Positions 35,700 to 47,779 of a DNA stretch of 48,803 nucleotides are shown here, in pieces; the stretch's first letter is position 1; each line of letters opens with the position of its first letter. The position numbers and the translations under genes were made by a program. The notes beneath the pieces are model-generated. The model made no database searches. It was not told where the DNA came from and worked only from the letters and a program-made list of their open reading frames with translations. Origin of the DNA: Basidiobolus meristosporus CBS 931.73 (taxonomy: Eukaryota; Fungi; Basidiobolomycota); contig MCFE01000662.1 in assembly GCA_002104905.1 (NCBI GenBank), positions 1-48,803 on the forward strand. Direction: 5' to 3'.

Positions 35700-38600
35700 T
35701 ACTGATGTTAAGAGGGTTCTCCTGAATATCTTTTCTTGTGATACTAATATCTTGATGGTTTGGTATTATCAGCAAGTCTTGCTATCTTGAGTCTGTCTCT
35801 ATGCACTAAGTCTTCCCATATATTGCCTTGTTTGTCCACTGGATGGTAAGTTGCAAGTGGACATTCTCTGATGATCTTGAATGGTCCTGGCCATTGCGGC
35901 TCAAACTTCTCCTGAGTGTTGTTTCTTAGCAATACAAAGTTCCCAACTGTCAATGCCTCTGGTGCTATAGTCTTATCAAATCTCTGCTTCATCTTGTCTG
36001 CACTTTGAGATACTCTGGTCTGTGCCTCTTAATGTCTTTGTTCCAGTTGCTGGTGCCTACTTGACTGACTGCATGCATTTTCTAAGGTGTCTGTAAGCTT
36101 TGGCTGTGTGAGATCTCCTGGAATCCTTGGTCCACATCCATACACTAAGTAAAATGGCAATTTTTGGGTGGCGTTGAGCACTCTGACTCCACATGCAAAC
36201 AGTGCTTGGTTGATATACTCATCCCATCTACTGACAACTCCATTTGCATACTTGGTCAGCATTGTTCCAAATAATCTATTAAACCGTTTGGTGACTCCAT
36301 TGGTTCTGGCATGATATGCCAAGGTTTTCAAGTGTTTGATCTGCTGCATTTCTAGGTGAGCTTCCAATGTCTTTGCCATAAAGTTTGCACCTCTATTGGA
36401 TAGAATATCTACAGGGCATCCAAACTTCATAAGGATCTCATGGTAGATGAAACTTGCAACTTCTTGTTCACCAGCTTTAGGTACAGCTTTAGCCACTGGT
36501 CATTTAGTGGCATGCTCAATTGCTACCAGGATCCAACAGTTACATTTCCTGGTAGTTGGCAGTCCTCCAATAAAGTCAATTCCCCATCTTTTGGATGGTC
36601 TTACAGGCTTTAAGGGAAAGAGTTCAGCAATTCTCTGTGGCTGGCCTTGGTTGATTTGCCAAATTGGGCATGTTTTCACTAGCTTCTCAATGTCATGTTT
36701 CATTTAGGACCACCATGCTCTGGCTTTCACAAGGCTATAGGTTTCTTCAATTCCAAGATGTCTATATCCATTGTTTAGCTTATGTATTAAATTCAGGCAA
36801 GCAACATAAGGGCAATAGGCAATAGGGCTTCCATCAACAAATTGGTAGAGTGTTTCATCCTGTACTACAAATTTGCGGCTTCATCTTGGATTATCTTCTT
36901 GATATGCTCATCCACCTCATTAGGAATGGCTTAGTCCTCCAAGTACTTTGGTAATAGGCTATGCCAATCTGATTCATGCACCAAGTTGAGTTGTGCAACT
37001 TGGTTTAATCTTGATAAGGTGTCAGCAACTGTATTGTTTTTTCCAGGGCAGTATAAAATCTCCAAATCAAATTATTGAATGTATTCACTCCATCTTGTCA
37101 TTCTTCTAGAGAGTACCTTCTGAGTAAATATATACTTGAGTGAGGCATGTTCAGTCTTCACAGTGCGTTTGACTCCTTCAATACAGCATCTCCATGTCTT
37201 CAAGCAGTGTAATATATCAAGCATCTCCTTCTCATGTACTGGATAGTTTTGCTCTGCTGAGTTCAGTTTCTTGGATTCAAAGGAATTGGGTTAGTCCTGT
37301 CCCTTGTGATCTTGGCTCCACACTCCACCAATTGCATCATCTGAAGCATCTGTGTGCAGAGTAAGATTTTTCTGAAGCCAGGTATTCTTAAGCTTGACAG
37401 CTTAGCAAGCTCATTCTTGAGCGTTTGGAAGGCTGTCTCACAAGCTACGTCCCACTTGTAGGTATTGTCTTTCTTGAGGATATCAGTTAAAGGGGCAGCA
37501 ATACTTGCAAAGGACTTGACAAATCTCCAATAATAGGAAACCATTCCAAGGAATGATCTGAGCACTGATATGGTATGGGGCTGCTTCAGATTCTTGATAA
37601 CTTCAACCTTATTAAGGTCTAAGGTTACTCCTGTACTAGTCACTATGTGTTCAAGATATTCAACATGTTCCTTGAATAATTCACACTTGTGTAGCTTGCC
37701 ATAAAGCTTATTCTCTCTTAGCTTCTTCAAGATCTTTTTAATGTGCACCAAGTGATCCTCTTCTGTCTTGCTGTATATCAATATATCATCTAGGTAGATT
37801 ATCACAAGCTTGTCTAAGTACTGCTGGAAGACAGTCTGCATCAGGGTCATGAATGTTACAGGGGCATTGGTGAGGCCAAAACTCATGACCAAGTACCTAT
37901 AATATCCATATCTGGTCCTGAATGCTGTCTTAGTGATGTCTTCTGGCTTCACCCTAATCTGGTTGTATCCTGACATGAGGTCAATCTTGCTGAAATTAGT
38001 GGTTCCATTTAGTTGGTCCAAAAGCTCATCAATCCAAGGTATGGAGTACTTATTCTTCATATTAACTAAGTTGAGGGCTCTGTAGTCAACAAATATCCTA
38101 AGTGTTCCATCCTTCTTCTTCACAAAGAGTACTGGTGCTCCCCAAGGTGACTTGCTGGGTCTGATATATCCTTGCTCCAGTAATTGATCTATTTGTCTCT
38201 TTATCTCTTTCAACTCCAGTTGACTCATTCTGTAAGGTGCATACTCACTTGAGGGCTATCTCCTGTTTCAATGGCATGATCCATGTCTCTGACTGGTGGT
38301 AGGCTTGCAACTTAATCTGGAAATACGTCTGAATATTCCATCAAAAGATCCTGGACCTTGTTGGGTACTGGAGTAGAGGAATCCTCCTGTAATACTGTCA
38401 TGAGGAACAGCTGGGTGCCTTTTCTTAGTGCTCTACAGAAATGTGTCTTGCTATGGTCACTTGTTTCACACACACTGGTATGGACCAAGCTAAAATCCAG
38501 TCTGGCAAGTAATAGCTCATAGGTCTTGTTGTCCTCCTGGATCTGAGTAGCATGGGTTCTCCAGTTGATTGATGGATTACAACAAAATAGCCAGGTTTCC

Positions 38601-38890
38601 CCAAGTACAAGGTCAAACTTGCAGTTCCCAAATATATGGGCCCGTAGATCTTCTTTATAGTCATTAATCTTCATCCTTACTGGCTGAGTAATACGGTTGA
38701 TTATGTGAGAGTTCACATCAGCTGTTGAGACTGAAGGTGATTTGGTGGGCTCTGAGTTGATTCTAGCTTTTGAAGCAAATGGTTCTGACATGTAGTCATG
38801 CAATGCTCATGAGTGAATCATAATCTTGACAGGTACTCCAATGATTACTCCAATCAAGTATGATAGCTTTCCTGAGTTTGAGGTCATCTG
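35700..38890 (-). pseudogene. pol: Family A pol (protease to integrase), heavily decayed
   Basis: ORF pieces 38312-38803, 37263-38228 (IYLDD), 36500-36703, 36029-36496, 35744-35992. Confidence 0.92.
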
Positions 38891-39074
38891 GAATAGGTCT
38901 TAGACTTGTACTCATGGTTAGTGCTACATAGTGCCAGCCTGTTTATAGTGCTGGATTGATCTGGCACTATCTGGCATTATAATTTCTACCATCATGCCAG
39001 TGGTAGGTTGTAGTTACTGGTAATTTTACTCAATCTTACTTATATTGCTCAGAGTAGTGCTTTCCTTGATTTAT

Positions 39075-39960
39075 TTACTCTTTGTGGTGCTCCAGACACA
39101 TTTCTCTCAGTGGATGTCTTCTTGTATATATATACTGTGCATTGATAAGTATCTTAACTATTTTACCTATTCTGCTGTTTTCTTCTATATATGACTTTCC
39201 TCTGTATTTACCTGCCAATATGCTGAATCTCTTCAGATATCCAAATGTGTGCTCTACCCTCACTCTGAAATGATTAAATATCTCATTGTAGAGCTTCTGC
39301 TTCCTGCTAAGCACACCATTCCTTGGCTTCCTATAAGCTGTAATACAACCTAATCTCTGACAATCCTCTCCTATATAGGCTAAGTCTGCCATACATTTCT
39401 CCCCTCTACTGAATTCAGGATGATTCTCTACCCAGAGTGCTTTGTCATACCTACTTCCAGCAAATGGCCCACTAAACCAGATGATGTTACCCTCAATGTC
39501 AGACAGTGCTTGAAACTTCACACAGTGTGCCTTGTACTTGCCAGAATAAAAGTGCCTCTGCCCTCTAGAAGGCCTGTTAATCCTGACTGGGAAGGTATCC
39601 AAGAATTCCCTATATGGAACCTATTTCTGAGCACTCTGGGATATGGAATTCTATTGGAACTTCTGAACCTAGTATTCCAAGCATGCTCTAAGTCATTTAT
39701 ACCCTCTGCAAGGTGGTTCTCCATTACTGTCAGCTGGGAATAAAAGCTTCTAGGACTTTTACTGCTATGGATGGTGGGATGAAGCCTTTTAGGGCAATAG
39801 TTCTTGTAATAGCAGAGAAGCTTAACAAGGGATCTCGTTGAGTATATTGGGGAAGATGGACCATAGTACTTGGTATAGATCTCCTCTGGTGTGTCAAAAG
39901 GAAATCCTGTAGTAGTGATGGGATCAATGAGAAAAGACCATTCAGATGAGTAAGTCTTAT
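39075..39960 (-). pseudogene. Frameshifted DDE_Tnp_4 transposase, copy 3
   Basis: ORFs 39518-40009 and 39075-39602 together cover the 294-aa protein. Confidence 0.9.
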
Positions 39961-41022
39961 GAAAATTGGAAAGGATTGGGCTGATATGCTTTGATTTGAT
40001 TTGGCACAATCAGCTCTATTTATCTGATTTTCCATGCATTATGATAAAATCTCAATCAATTGCCATGTATCCCATCATTATGTTGCAAAAATCATCCTCC
40101 AACAATGGCTGAGTATTTTTATTGATGTTTTACTCACAATTCTGTAATCAAATAGGAAATCTGTGATTGATGTGATCTGATTTGTGTCAAAGCAATCCAA
40201 GAGGCATCATGCATAATATATGGAATATTCAACAATCACATTAGTTTTCATATATATTTCATATAAGACCAGGTTGATGCCAATACATCACTATACATGT
40301 ATCCAAATCCAACACTATGGTTCCTATACCAAGTCTCAACTCTACTTCAGCTCAAATCAGACAAAACCCATCCCCCAGCTCACAGGCATGGTCCAGACTG
40401 GAAAAGGCAATATTGGATCCATTCAAGTTCTTGCCAAATGATTTCAGTATGGCTTAAGTGTCTATGATGAGTCTTCATACGGATATTTGAGCACTACTCA
40501 TCAATCTAGCAGAACTCAATACCTTGGTAAGTTGACAGAGATGGAAGAACCTGAGTAGAAAGCTGTGACATGAGTTCTACATCAAGATCCCAGCAGATAT
40601 ATGTAAGAAGATATATAATAAGATTAGTATTGAAATCAAGAATGAGCTGAGAGTGAGGGGATTTGACAAGGAAGCCTAACGGGAACAAATTTGCGCACAA
40701 TTTGCACAGTACAGGCCAGACGCATCTGTTTGTGCCTTGACTTTGGGAACCAAAGAGATTTTGAATGAGTTTTTGCCTCAAATGACTAATGTATTACATG
40801 ACATATTAGTAGAGCTAAGTGGCTTCCAAGAGCAATACTCACAGGACTCATCCAGGCTACAGTTGCAAAGTATTAGACAGAGAGTAAGTGAATACCTTGA
40901 GGAATCAGAAGGTGAGCTTCATGAGGAGGATTTCTGACCGCAACCAACATTGTCTAGATTGCACCAGCACACCTTGCTGGATTCCTTACCATCCCTTGCA
41001 ACTTCAGCATGCCTGTGCACAT

Positions 41023-42462
41023 TGTAGTGGGGTGACAGTGACACCCACTGACAGATGTGCTCATTCACATATTTACTACTTCCCTATATCTCTACTACAC
41101 TTATTTTAGTTTTATCCCATTTGTCTTACTCAATCAGTACTATCCCATAAGCCGGTTGACTATTACACCTGCTTACCTTATTGCATAAGTTACCCCTCAC
41201 TTTGTGTAAGATTACTAGCTATAAGTGCTTCTATATTAGGCAAGTACCCACACCAGTACCTGTGACACACAATCAACCCCTGTCACCATCCCTACCATTT
41301 CCATACCATATATGATATACCTTTGTTACACAGGTTTCAGAATACTGATTCCTGATTGGTTGGATGTGCTGTGCCTCTTTGAACCTTCTGGCTTCTGCTT
41401 AGAACATTCTTTGGTCATTCTGATGTCATTAAGATTTCTATTGATATCTGGAACCTTCTGGAACACCATGTTTAGTAATCACTTAGCCAGTAATAAAAGT
41501 ATATAAGGGAGGCTTGTTACAAGTCTTGGTATAAGAGTTGTAGAGGAATAGGGAGTTTAGCTAGTATTGCATTCACTAAAACTTGAACTGATTTTTATTG
41601 AGGTTCCAGCAGCTCCTTATATACATTTTGCCAGATCAATTGCTGACTAATTGTATTTCCTAAGGTAGGTTGTGGCTGAAGACTCATTTGATTGCATCAT
41701 CATCACCCAATAAGATCTTACTTAATATATCTATTTCTGTCGGATAAGGATCTGCTGATTCATTTGCTGACTAACACTACTGATTTCATAGATAATAGGA
41801 TATACTGATAACCTACACATATACTAATTGATTTGACTAGAAACTGATCTAACTTAAACATTCAAGCGGCAGACCATAACAGGCTATCCCTCATCAATAA
41901 ATCATTGTTCCTTTGATCAATATACCAACTGGTTGATTAATGCGATCTCTTCTACTTGCTGCTACCTGAACTTCCAACCCCAGACCACAGGACACACACA
42001 GAAAACCGCACTGACAGCCAACTGACCTTAGAGGCACTACTTGTGAGGAATACTCAGAGTAGGTATCTTTTATTATATTTGATTCTTTCCTAATTTGTTC
42101 TTGTACAGGCAAAGATACTTTTCTGTCTTTGTAGCTTTTGACCACAGCTGCATTCTTATCAAGTCCCTGCTGGTGGAGTTTATAGTTGTTTTGACTTTGG
42201 AAGCTTTAGTACATTGTCATTTCAAAGGACTCTGAACCCAGCACATATTTTTGTTAAGATGCCAACTAAGTTGGGGATTATAGCTCAATAGTTTTGCCTT
42301 GACAAGCTTGTGGCTTCATTCCCCTTCAAATTAGAGTAGAGACATAACCCAAGTATTCCTAGCAAGCTTTTGCCAGAGATTATTGCACCCAGTGAACTCC
42401 CACACAAAAAACACTTGAGAAGTGCTGAAAATATCTCTCCCTTGGACTTATACACCACCACA
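41023..42462 (+). mobile_element. Family C solo LTR C3, TSD ACAT/ATGT (ancestral ACGT), containing a family A solo LTR
   Basis: TGTAGTGG...CCACCACA; PHIS consensus at the site is GCGC-ACGT-CAGTCC. Confidence 0.9.
41515..41881 (-). mobile_element. Family A solo LTR (367 bp), 4-bp TSD GGCT
   Basis: GGCT at 41511-41514 and 41882-41885; inserted 8 bp downstream of the C3 TATA box. Confidence 0.95.
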
Positions 42463-42502
42463 ATGTCAGTCTAAACTACACCAACACCGTTCACAAGAGC
42501 GC

Positions 42503-43209
42503 TGTGGTGGTGTATAGGTCCAAGGGAGAGATACATTCAACACTTCTCAAGTGTTTTTTGTGTGGGGTGCTCACTGGGTGCAATAACCTCTGGCAAAAGC
42601 TTGCTAGGAATACTTGGGTTATGTCTCTAATCTAATGTGAAGGGGAATAAAGCCACAAGCTTGTCAAGGGAAAACTATTGAGCTACAATCCCCAACTTAG
42701 TTGGTGTCTTAACAAAAGTATGTGCTGGGTTCAGTGTCCTTTGAGATGACAATGTACTAAAGCTTCCAAAGTCAAGACAACTGTAAACTACACCAGCAGG
42801 GACTTGATAAGAATGCAGCTGTGGTCAATAGTTACCAAGACAGAAAAGTATCTTTGCCTGTACAGGAACAAACTTGGGAAAGAATCAAATATAATAAAAG
42901 ATACCTACTCTGAGTATTCCTCACAAGTAGTGCCTCCAAGGTCAGTTGGCTGTCAGTGCGGTTTCCTGGGAGTGTCCTGTGGCCTAGGGTTGGAAGTTCA
43001 GGTAGCAGCAGGTAGCAGTGATCACACTAATCAACAAGTTGGTGTATTGATAAAAGGGATGATGATTTATCATTGAGGGATAGCCTCCCTTATATACTTT
43101 TCTTACTGGCTAAGTGAATACTAATTATGGTGTTCCAGAAGGTTCCGGATATCAAATAGAAGTCTTAATGACATCAGAATGACCTAAGAATGTTCTAAGT
43201 AGGTGCCGG
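42503..43209 (-). mobile_element. Family C LTR C4, interrupted by A1; left flank GCGC
   Basis: Reverse-complement homolog of C2/C3 starting TGTGGTGGTGTATAGG. Confidence 0.88.
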
Positions 43210-43577
43210 TGTTATGATCTGCCGCTTGAATGTTTAAGTTAGATCAGTTTTTAGTCAAATCAGTTAGTATATGTTTAGGTTATCAGTACATCAGTATTAT
43301 CTATGAAAGCAGTAGCATTAGTCAGCAAATGAATCAGCAGATCCTTATCAGACAGAAATAGATATATTAAGTAGGATCTTATTGGGTGATGATGATGCAA
43401 TCAAATGAGTCATCAGCCACAACCTACATTAGGAAATACAATTAGTCAGCAATTGATCTGGCAAAATGTATATAAGGAGCTGCTGGAACCTCAATAAAAA
43501 TCAGTTCAAGTTTTAGTGAATACAATACTAGCTAAACTCCCTATTCCTCTACAACTCTTATACCAAGACTTGTAACA
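43210..43577 (+). repeat. A1 5' LTR
   Basis: TGTTAT...GTAACA; TATATAA at 43469; AATAAA at 43493. Confidence 0.97.
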
Positions 43578-43578
43578 T

Positions 43579-43589
43579 TGGTAGCAGCG
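43579..43589 (+). promoter_or_regulatory. PBS complementary to the 3' end of initiator tRNA-Met
   Basis: TGGTAGCAGCG one base after the LTR; complementary to ...CGCTGCTACCA, an iMet-type acceptor end. Confidence 0.75.
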
Positions 43590-43635
43590 ATAACCAGAAA
43601 CCTCCCTCCTGAAGAAAGAAGAAACCACCCTCAAG

Positions 43636-46600
43636 ATGTCGGACAATCAAGAATGGAAGAATGCCATGCAGCAAATCCTGGCCCAACAGCAACAGCTACT
43701 CCAGATCCTCAGCCAACAGCAACAAGGAATGACTACCATGGCTCAGAGCCAGCAAAGCCCTGTCAAGAGCAACTTTAGTGTGAAGGTCAACCGGTACCAT
43801 GGCAGAGTCAATGAAAACCTGGGAACTTGGCTCTTTCAGATTGAAGAAGCTTTTAAAGCTAAAGGAATTGCTCCAGAGAGCAAGTTGCATTATGCAGCTT
43901 CTTACCTGGCAGATGCAGCTTTACAGTGGTACCACAACAAGATCAGGTCAGCTACTATGATGGGATGCTCTACAATCTCTACCTGGGATGAGTTTGTGTC
44001 GGAAATTCAGGATGCTTTTGAACCTCCACACCAGCAGACACTACTAAGAAGGAAGTTAAAGACACTCAGACAGAAAGGAATGGTGCAAGAATACATCTAT
44101 GAGTACAGATGTCTACTTGGACAAATTGAAAGAATGGACCCCTTGGATCAAGTTGAATACTTTATTGATGGGTTGAAAGAAAGAACTCGCAAGGAAGTCA
44201 ATTACCGAAGACCTCAGACTATTGAAGAAGCCATCAAGATTGCCATTGACTATGACTCAGCTATGTTTGGAGTTGGGAAGCCTACAGTGACTAGTCAGAA
44301 AGGCTATAATCATTATGAAAGAAGACAATCAGAAGCAGTACCAATGGAAATAGACGCTATGCAGAAGAATCCCTCCTCAGAAGAATGCAAGAAGAGAGGA
44401 CTTTGCTTCAATTGCCACCAGCAGGGACATATTGCAAAGTACTGCCCTCAGAAAAGAAATGGACACCAGCCAACAAGAACCTTCAACCATATTGAGTCCC
44501 ATGAGCACAATAATGAGGAAGATGAGCTTGAAGAAGACTCGGAACTCACCTTCCATATGACAGAAGAGTACTTGTCCCAAATGACTTCAAACTCAGGGAA
44601 GTTATTGTACCTGAATGGAGCAATCAATGGAGTACCTGCCAAGATCATGATTGACTCAGGAGCATCGCATGAGTACATGTCAGAGCAATTTGCTTTGAAA
44701 GCTGGAATCAACTCGGAACCTACCAAATCAACTTCAGTCTCCACAGCTGATGGGAACTCCCACATAATCAACCGTATTACCCAGCCAGTAAGAATGAAGA
44801 TCAATGACTATGAAGAAGACCTACAGGCTTATATATTTGGGAACTGCAAGTTTGACCTTGTACTTGGGAAAACCTGGCTATTTTGTCGTGATCCATCAAT
44901 CAACTGGAGAACCCATGCTACTCAGATCCAAAAAGACAACAAGACCTATGAGCTATTACCTGCCAGGCTGGATTTCAACTTGGTCAATTCCAGTGTGTGT
45001 GAGACAAGTGAACTTAGCAAGACCCAGTTCTGTAGAGCACTTAGAAAAGGTACCCAGATGTTCCTCATGGCGGTATTACAGGAGGATTCCTCTATCCTAG
45101 CACCCCAGCAGGTCCAGACTCTCTTGAAGAAATATTCAGACGTGTTTCCAGATGAGCTTGTAAGCCTACCACCAGTCAGAGACGTGGATCATGCCATTGA
45201 CACAGGAGATAGCCCTCCAGTGAGCAAGACACCTTACAGAATGAGTCCATTGGAATTGGAGGAAATGAAGAAACAAATTGATCAGCTATTGGAGCAAGGA
45301 TACATCAGGCCCAGCAAGTCACCTTGGGGAGCACCAGTGCTTTTTGTGAAAAAGAAGGATGGAACACTTAGGATGTGCATTGACTACAGAGCCCTGAACT
45401 CAGTTACCGTCAAGAATAAGTACCCCATACCTCGGATTGATGAGCTTTTGGACCAACTTAATGGAGCCACTATTTTCAGCAAGATCGACCTCATGTCAGG
45501 ATACAACCAGATTAGGGTGAAACCAGAAGATATCCCTAAGACAGCATTCAGGACCAGATATGGACATTACGAGTACTTAGTCATGAGTTTTGGCCTCACT
45601 AATGCCCCTGCAACATTCATGACGCTGATGCAGACTGTCTTTCAGGAGTACTTAGACAAGTTTGTGATAATCTACCTGGATGACATATTGATATACAGCA
45701 TGACAGAAAAGGATCACATGGTGCACATTGAAAAGGTCTTGAAGAAACTAAGAGAGAACAAGCTATATGGCAAGCTAGCCAAGTGTGAATTCTTCAAGGA
45801 ACACGTAGAATATCTGGGACACATAGTGACTAGCACAGGAGTAACCTTAGACCCCAAGAAGGTGGAAGTAATCAAGAATTTGAAGCAGCCCCATAGCATA
45901 TCAGAACTCAGATCCTTCCTTGGAATGGTTTCCTATTATCGGAGATTTGTCAAGTCATTTGCAAGTATTGCAGCCCCTTTAACTGATATCCTCAAGAAAG
46001 ACAATACCTACAAGTGGGACATAGCTTGTGAGACTGCCTTCCAGACACTAAAGAATGAACTTGCTAAGCTGCCAAGCTTAAGAATACCAGACTTCAGAAA
46101 AGAGTTCACTCTGTGCACAGATGCTTCAGATTATGCAATTGGTGGAGTGCTGAGCCAAGAACACGAGGGAAAGGACTACCCTGTTGCCTTTGAATCCAAG
46201 AAACTGAACTCAGCAGAACAAAACTATCCAGTTCATGAGAAGGAGATGCTTGCTATAATACACTGTTTGAAGACATGGAGATGCTATATTGAAGGAGTCA
46301 AATGCACTGTGAAGACTGATCATGCCTCCCTCAAGTATATATTTACTCAGAAGGTACTCTCTAGAAGAATGACAAGATGGAGTGAATACATTCAGCAATT
46401 TGACCTGAAGATTGTCTACTGTCCTGGAAAAAACAACACGGTTGCTGATGCCTTATCAAGATTAGATCAAGTTGCACAACTCAACTTGGTGCATGAATCA
46501 GATTGGCCTAGCCTATTACCAAAGTACTTGGAGGACCAAGCCATTCCTAATGAGGTGGATGAAGATATCAAGAAGATAATCCGTGATGAGGCCAGCAAAT

Positions 46601-47769
46601 TTGTTGTACAGAATGAAACACTCTACCGAATTGTTGATGGAAGCCCTATTGCCTATTGTCCTTATGTTGCTCGCCTGGATTTAATACATAAGCTACACAA
46701 TGGATATGGACATCTTGGGATTGAAGGAACCTATAGCCTTGTAAAAGCCAGAGCATGGTGGCCCAGAATGAAACAAGACATTGAGAAGCTAGTAAAAACA
46801 TGCCCAAACTGCCAAATCAATCAAGGCCAGCCACAAAGAATTGCCGAACTCTTCCCTTTGGAGCCTGTAAGACCATTTGAGAGATGGGGAATTGACTTTA
46901 TTGGAAGACTGCCAACTACCAGGAAATGCAACCGTTGGATCCTAGTAGCAATTGACCATGCCACTAAATGGCCAGTTGCTAAAGCTGTACCAATAGCCAG
47001 TGAACAAGAAGTTGCAAGTTTCATTTACCATGAGATCCTGATGAAGTTTGGATGCCCTGTGGAGATCTTATCCGATAGAGGTGCAAACTTTATGGCAAAG
47101 ACATTAGAGGCTTACCTGGAAATGCAGCAGATCAGACACTTGAAAACCTCGGCATATCACCCCAGAACTAATGGAGTCACTGAGCGGTTTAATGGATTAT
47201 TTGGAAAAATGCTGACCAAGTATGCAAATGGAGTTGTCAGTAGATGGGATGAGTATATAGACCAAGCACTCTTTGCATGCAGAGTCAGAGTACACAACAC
47301 CACCCATCAATCACCATTTTACTTAGTTTATGGATGTAAACCAAGGATTCCAGGAGATCTCACACAACCAAAGCTTACAGACACCTTAGAAGATGAACTC
47401 AGTCAGCCAAGTAGACACCAGCAACTGGAACAAAGACGTCAAGAGGCACAGACCAAAGTATCTCAAAGTGCAGAAAAGATGAAGCAGAGATTTGATAAGA
47501 CTATAGCACCAGAAGCATTGACAGTTGGGAACTTTGTATTGCTAAGAAACAACACTCGGAAGAAGTTTGAGCCACAATGGACAGGACCATTCAAGATCAT
47601 CAGAGAATGTCCATTTGCAACTTACCAACTGGTGGACAAACAAGGCAATATCCGGGAAGACTTAGTGCATAGGGACAGACTCAAGCTTGCAAGACTTGCT
47701 GATAATACTGAACCATCAAGATATTGGTATCACAAGAAAAGAGATTCAGGAGAACCCTCTCAACTTTAG
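43636..47769 (+). CDS. gag-pol: Single-frame Gag-Pol polyprotein, 1377 aa (capsid, CCHC, protease, RT, RNase H, integrase; no chromodomain)
   Basis: [14 protein letters not shown]; MIDSGAS; IYLDDILI; [10 protein letters not shown]; [11 protein letters not shown]...CPNC; WGIDF...SDRG...NGVTER; WTGPFKI. Confidence 0.98.
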   Translation: MSDNQEWKNAMQQILAQQQQLLQILSQQQQGMTTMAQSQQSPVKSNFSVKVNRYHGRVNENLGTWLFQIEEAFKAKGIAPESKLHYAASYLADAALQWYHNKIRSATMMGCSTISTWDEFVSEIQDAFEPPHQQTLLRRKLKTLRQKGMVQEYIYEYRCLLGQIERMDPLDQVEYFIDGLKERTRKEVNYRRPQTIEEAIKIAIDYDSAMFGVGKPTVTSQKGYNHYERRQSEAVPMEIDAMQKNPSSEECKKRGLCFNCHQQGHIAKYCPQKRNGHQPTRTFNHIESHEHNNEEDELEEDSELTFHMTEEYLSQMTSNSGKLLYLNGAINGVPAKIMIDSGASHEYMSEQFALKAGINSEPTKSTSVSTADGNSHIINRITQPVRMKINDYEEDLQAYIFGNCKFDLVLGKTWLFCRDPSINWRTHATQIQKDNKTYELLPARLDFNLVNSSVCETSELSKTQFCRALRKGTQMFLMAVLQEDSSILAPQQVQTLLKKYSDVFPDELVSLPPVRDVDHAIDTGDSPPVSKTPYRMSPLELEEMKKQIDQLLEQGYIRPSKSPWGAPVLFVKKKDGTLRMCIDYRALNSVTVKNKYPIPRIDELLDQLNGATIFSKIDLMSGYNQIRVKPEDIPKTAFRTRYGHYEYLVMSFGLTNAPATFMTLMQTVFQEYLDKFVIIYLDDILIYSMTEKDHMVHIEKVLKKLRENKLYGKLAKCEFFKEHVEYLGHIVTSTGVTLDPKKVEVIKNLKQPHSISELRSFLGMVSYYRRFVKSFASIAAPLTDILKKDNTYKWDIACETAFQTLKNELAKLPSLRIPDFRKEFTLCTDASDYAIGGVLSQEHEGKDYPVAFESKKLNSAEQNYPVHEKEMLAIIHCLKTWRCYIEGVKCTVKTDHASLKYIFTQKVLSRRMTRWSEYIQQFDLKIVYCPGKNNTVADALSRLDQVAQLNLVHESDWPSLLPKYLEDQAIPNEVDEDIKKIIRDEASKFVVQNETLYRIVDGSPIAYCPYVARLDLIHKLHNGYGHLGIEGTYSLVKARAWWPRMKQDIEKLVKTCPNCQINQGQPQRIAELFPLEPVRPFERWGIDFIGRLPTTRKCNRWILVAIDHATKWPVAKAVPIASEQEVASFIYHEILMKFGCPVEILSDRGANFMAKTLEAYLEMQQIRHLKTSAYHPRTNGVTERFNGLFGKMLTKYANGVVSRWDEYIDQALFACRVRVHNTTHQSPFYLVYGCKPRIPGDLTQPKLTDTLEDELSQPSRHQQLEQRRQEAQTKVSQSAEKMKQRFDKTIAPEALTVGNFVLLRNNTRKKFEPQWTGPFKIIRECPFATYQLVDKQGNIREDLVHRDRLKLARLADNTEPSRYWYHKKRDSGEPSQL

Positions 47770-47779
47770 TAGGGGAGAA
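47770..47779 (+). promoter_or_regulatory. Polypurine tract of A1
   Basis: TAGGGGAGAA between the stop codon and the LTR. Confidence 0.85.

Larger units (their letters stand above)
30815..38901 (-). mobile_element. Ty3/gypsy family A, old copy A3: 3' LTR (30815-31171 + 35676-35691) and pol; the 5' part is not in the window
   Basis: LTR homology; resumes AGATCATAACA-TTCTCCACT after C2; pol fragments 35744-38803 collinear with A1. Confidence 0.9.
38902..42502 (-). mobile_element. PHIS copy 3 (inverted, decayed), split by C3 and cut by C4
   Basis: Starts AGACTTGTAC (degenerate right TIR); transposase remnant 39075-~39960; ORF2 remnant ~40320-41022 and 42463-42502. Confidence 0.88.

Noticed and set aside
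10170-38901. Classical CpA-directed RIP as the cause of decay
   Set aside because: The diagnostic changes I traced are mostly at CpG and CpA/TpG remain abundant; a formal spectrum has not been computed.
10166-43209. CpG-centred targeting for gypsy family A (A1 flank CCGG, A3 flank ACAT)
   Set aside because: The two fully resolved TSDs (CAGG, GGCT) cannot derive from NCGN by deamination, so no preference is supported.
43578-43778. 66-aa ORF overlapping the PBS and gag start (also 48148-48348, 14550-14738)
   Set aside because: TTG start formed by the PBS; alternative frame of gag; no independent evidence.
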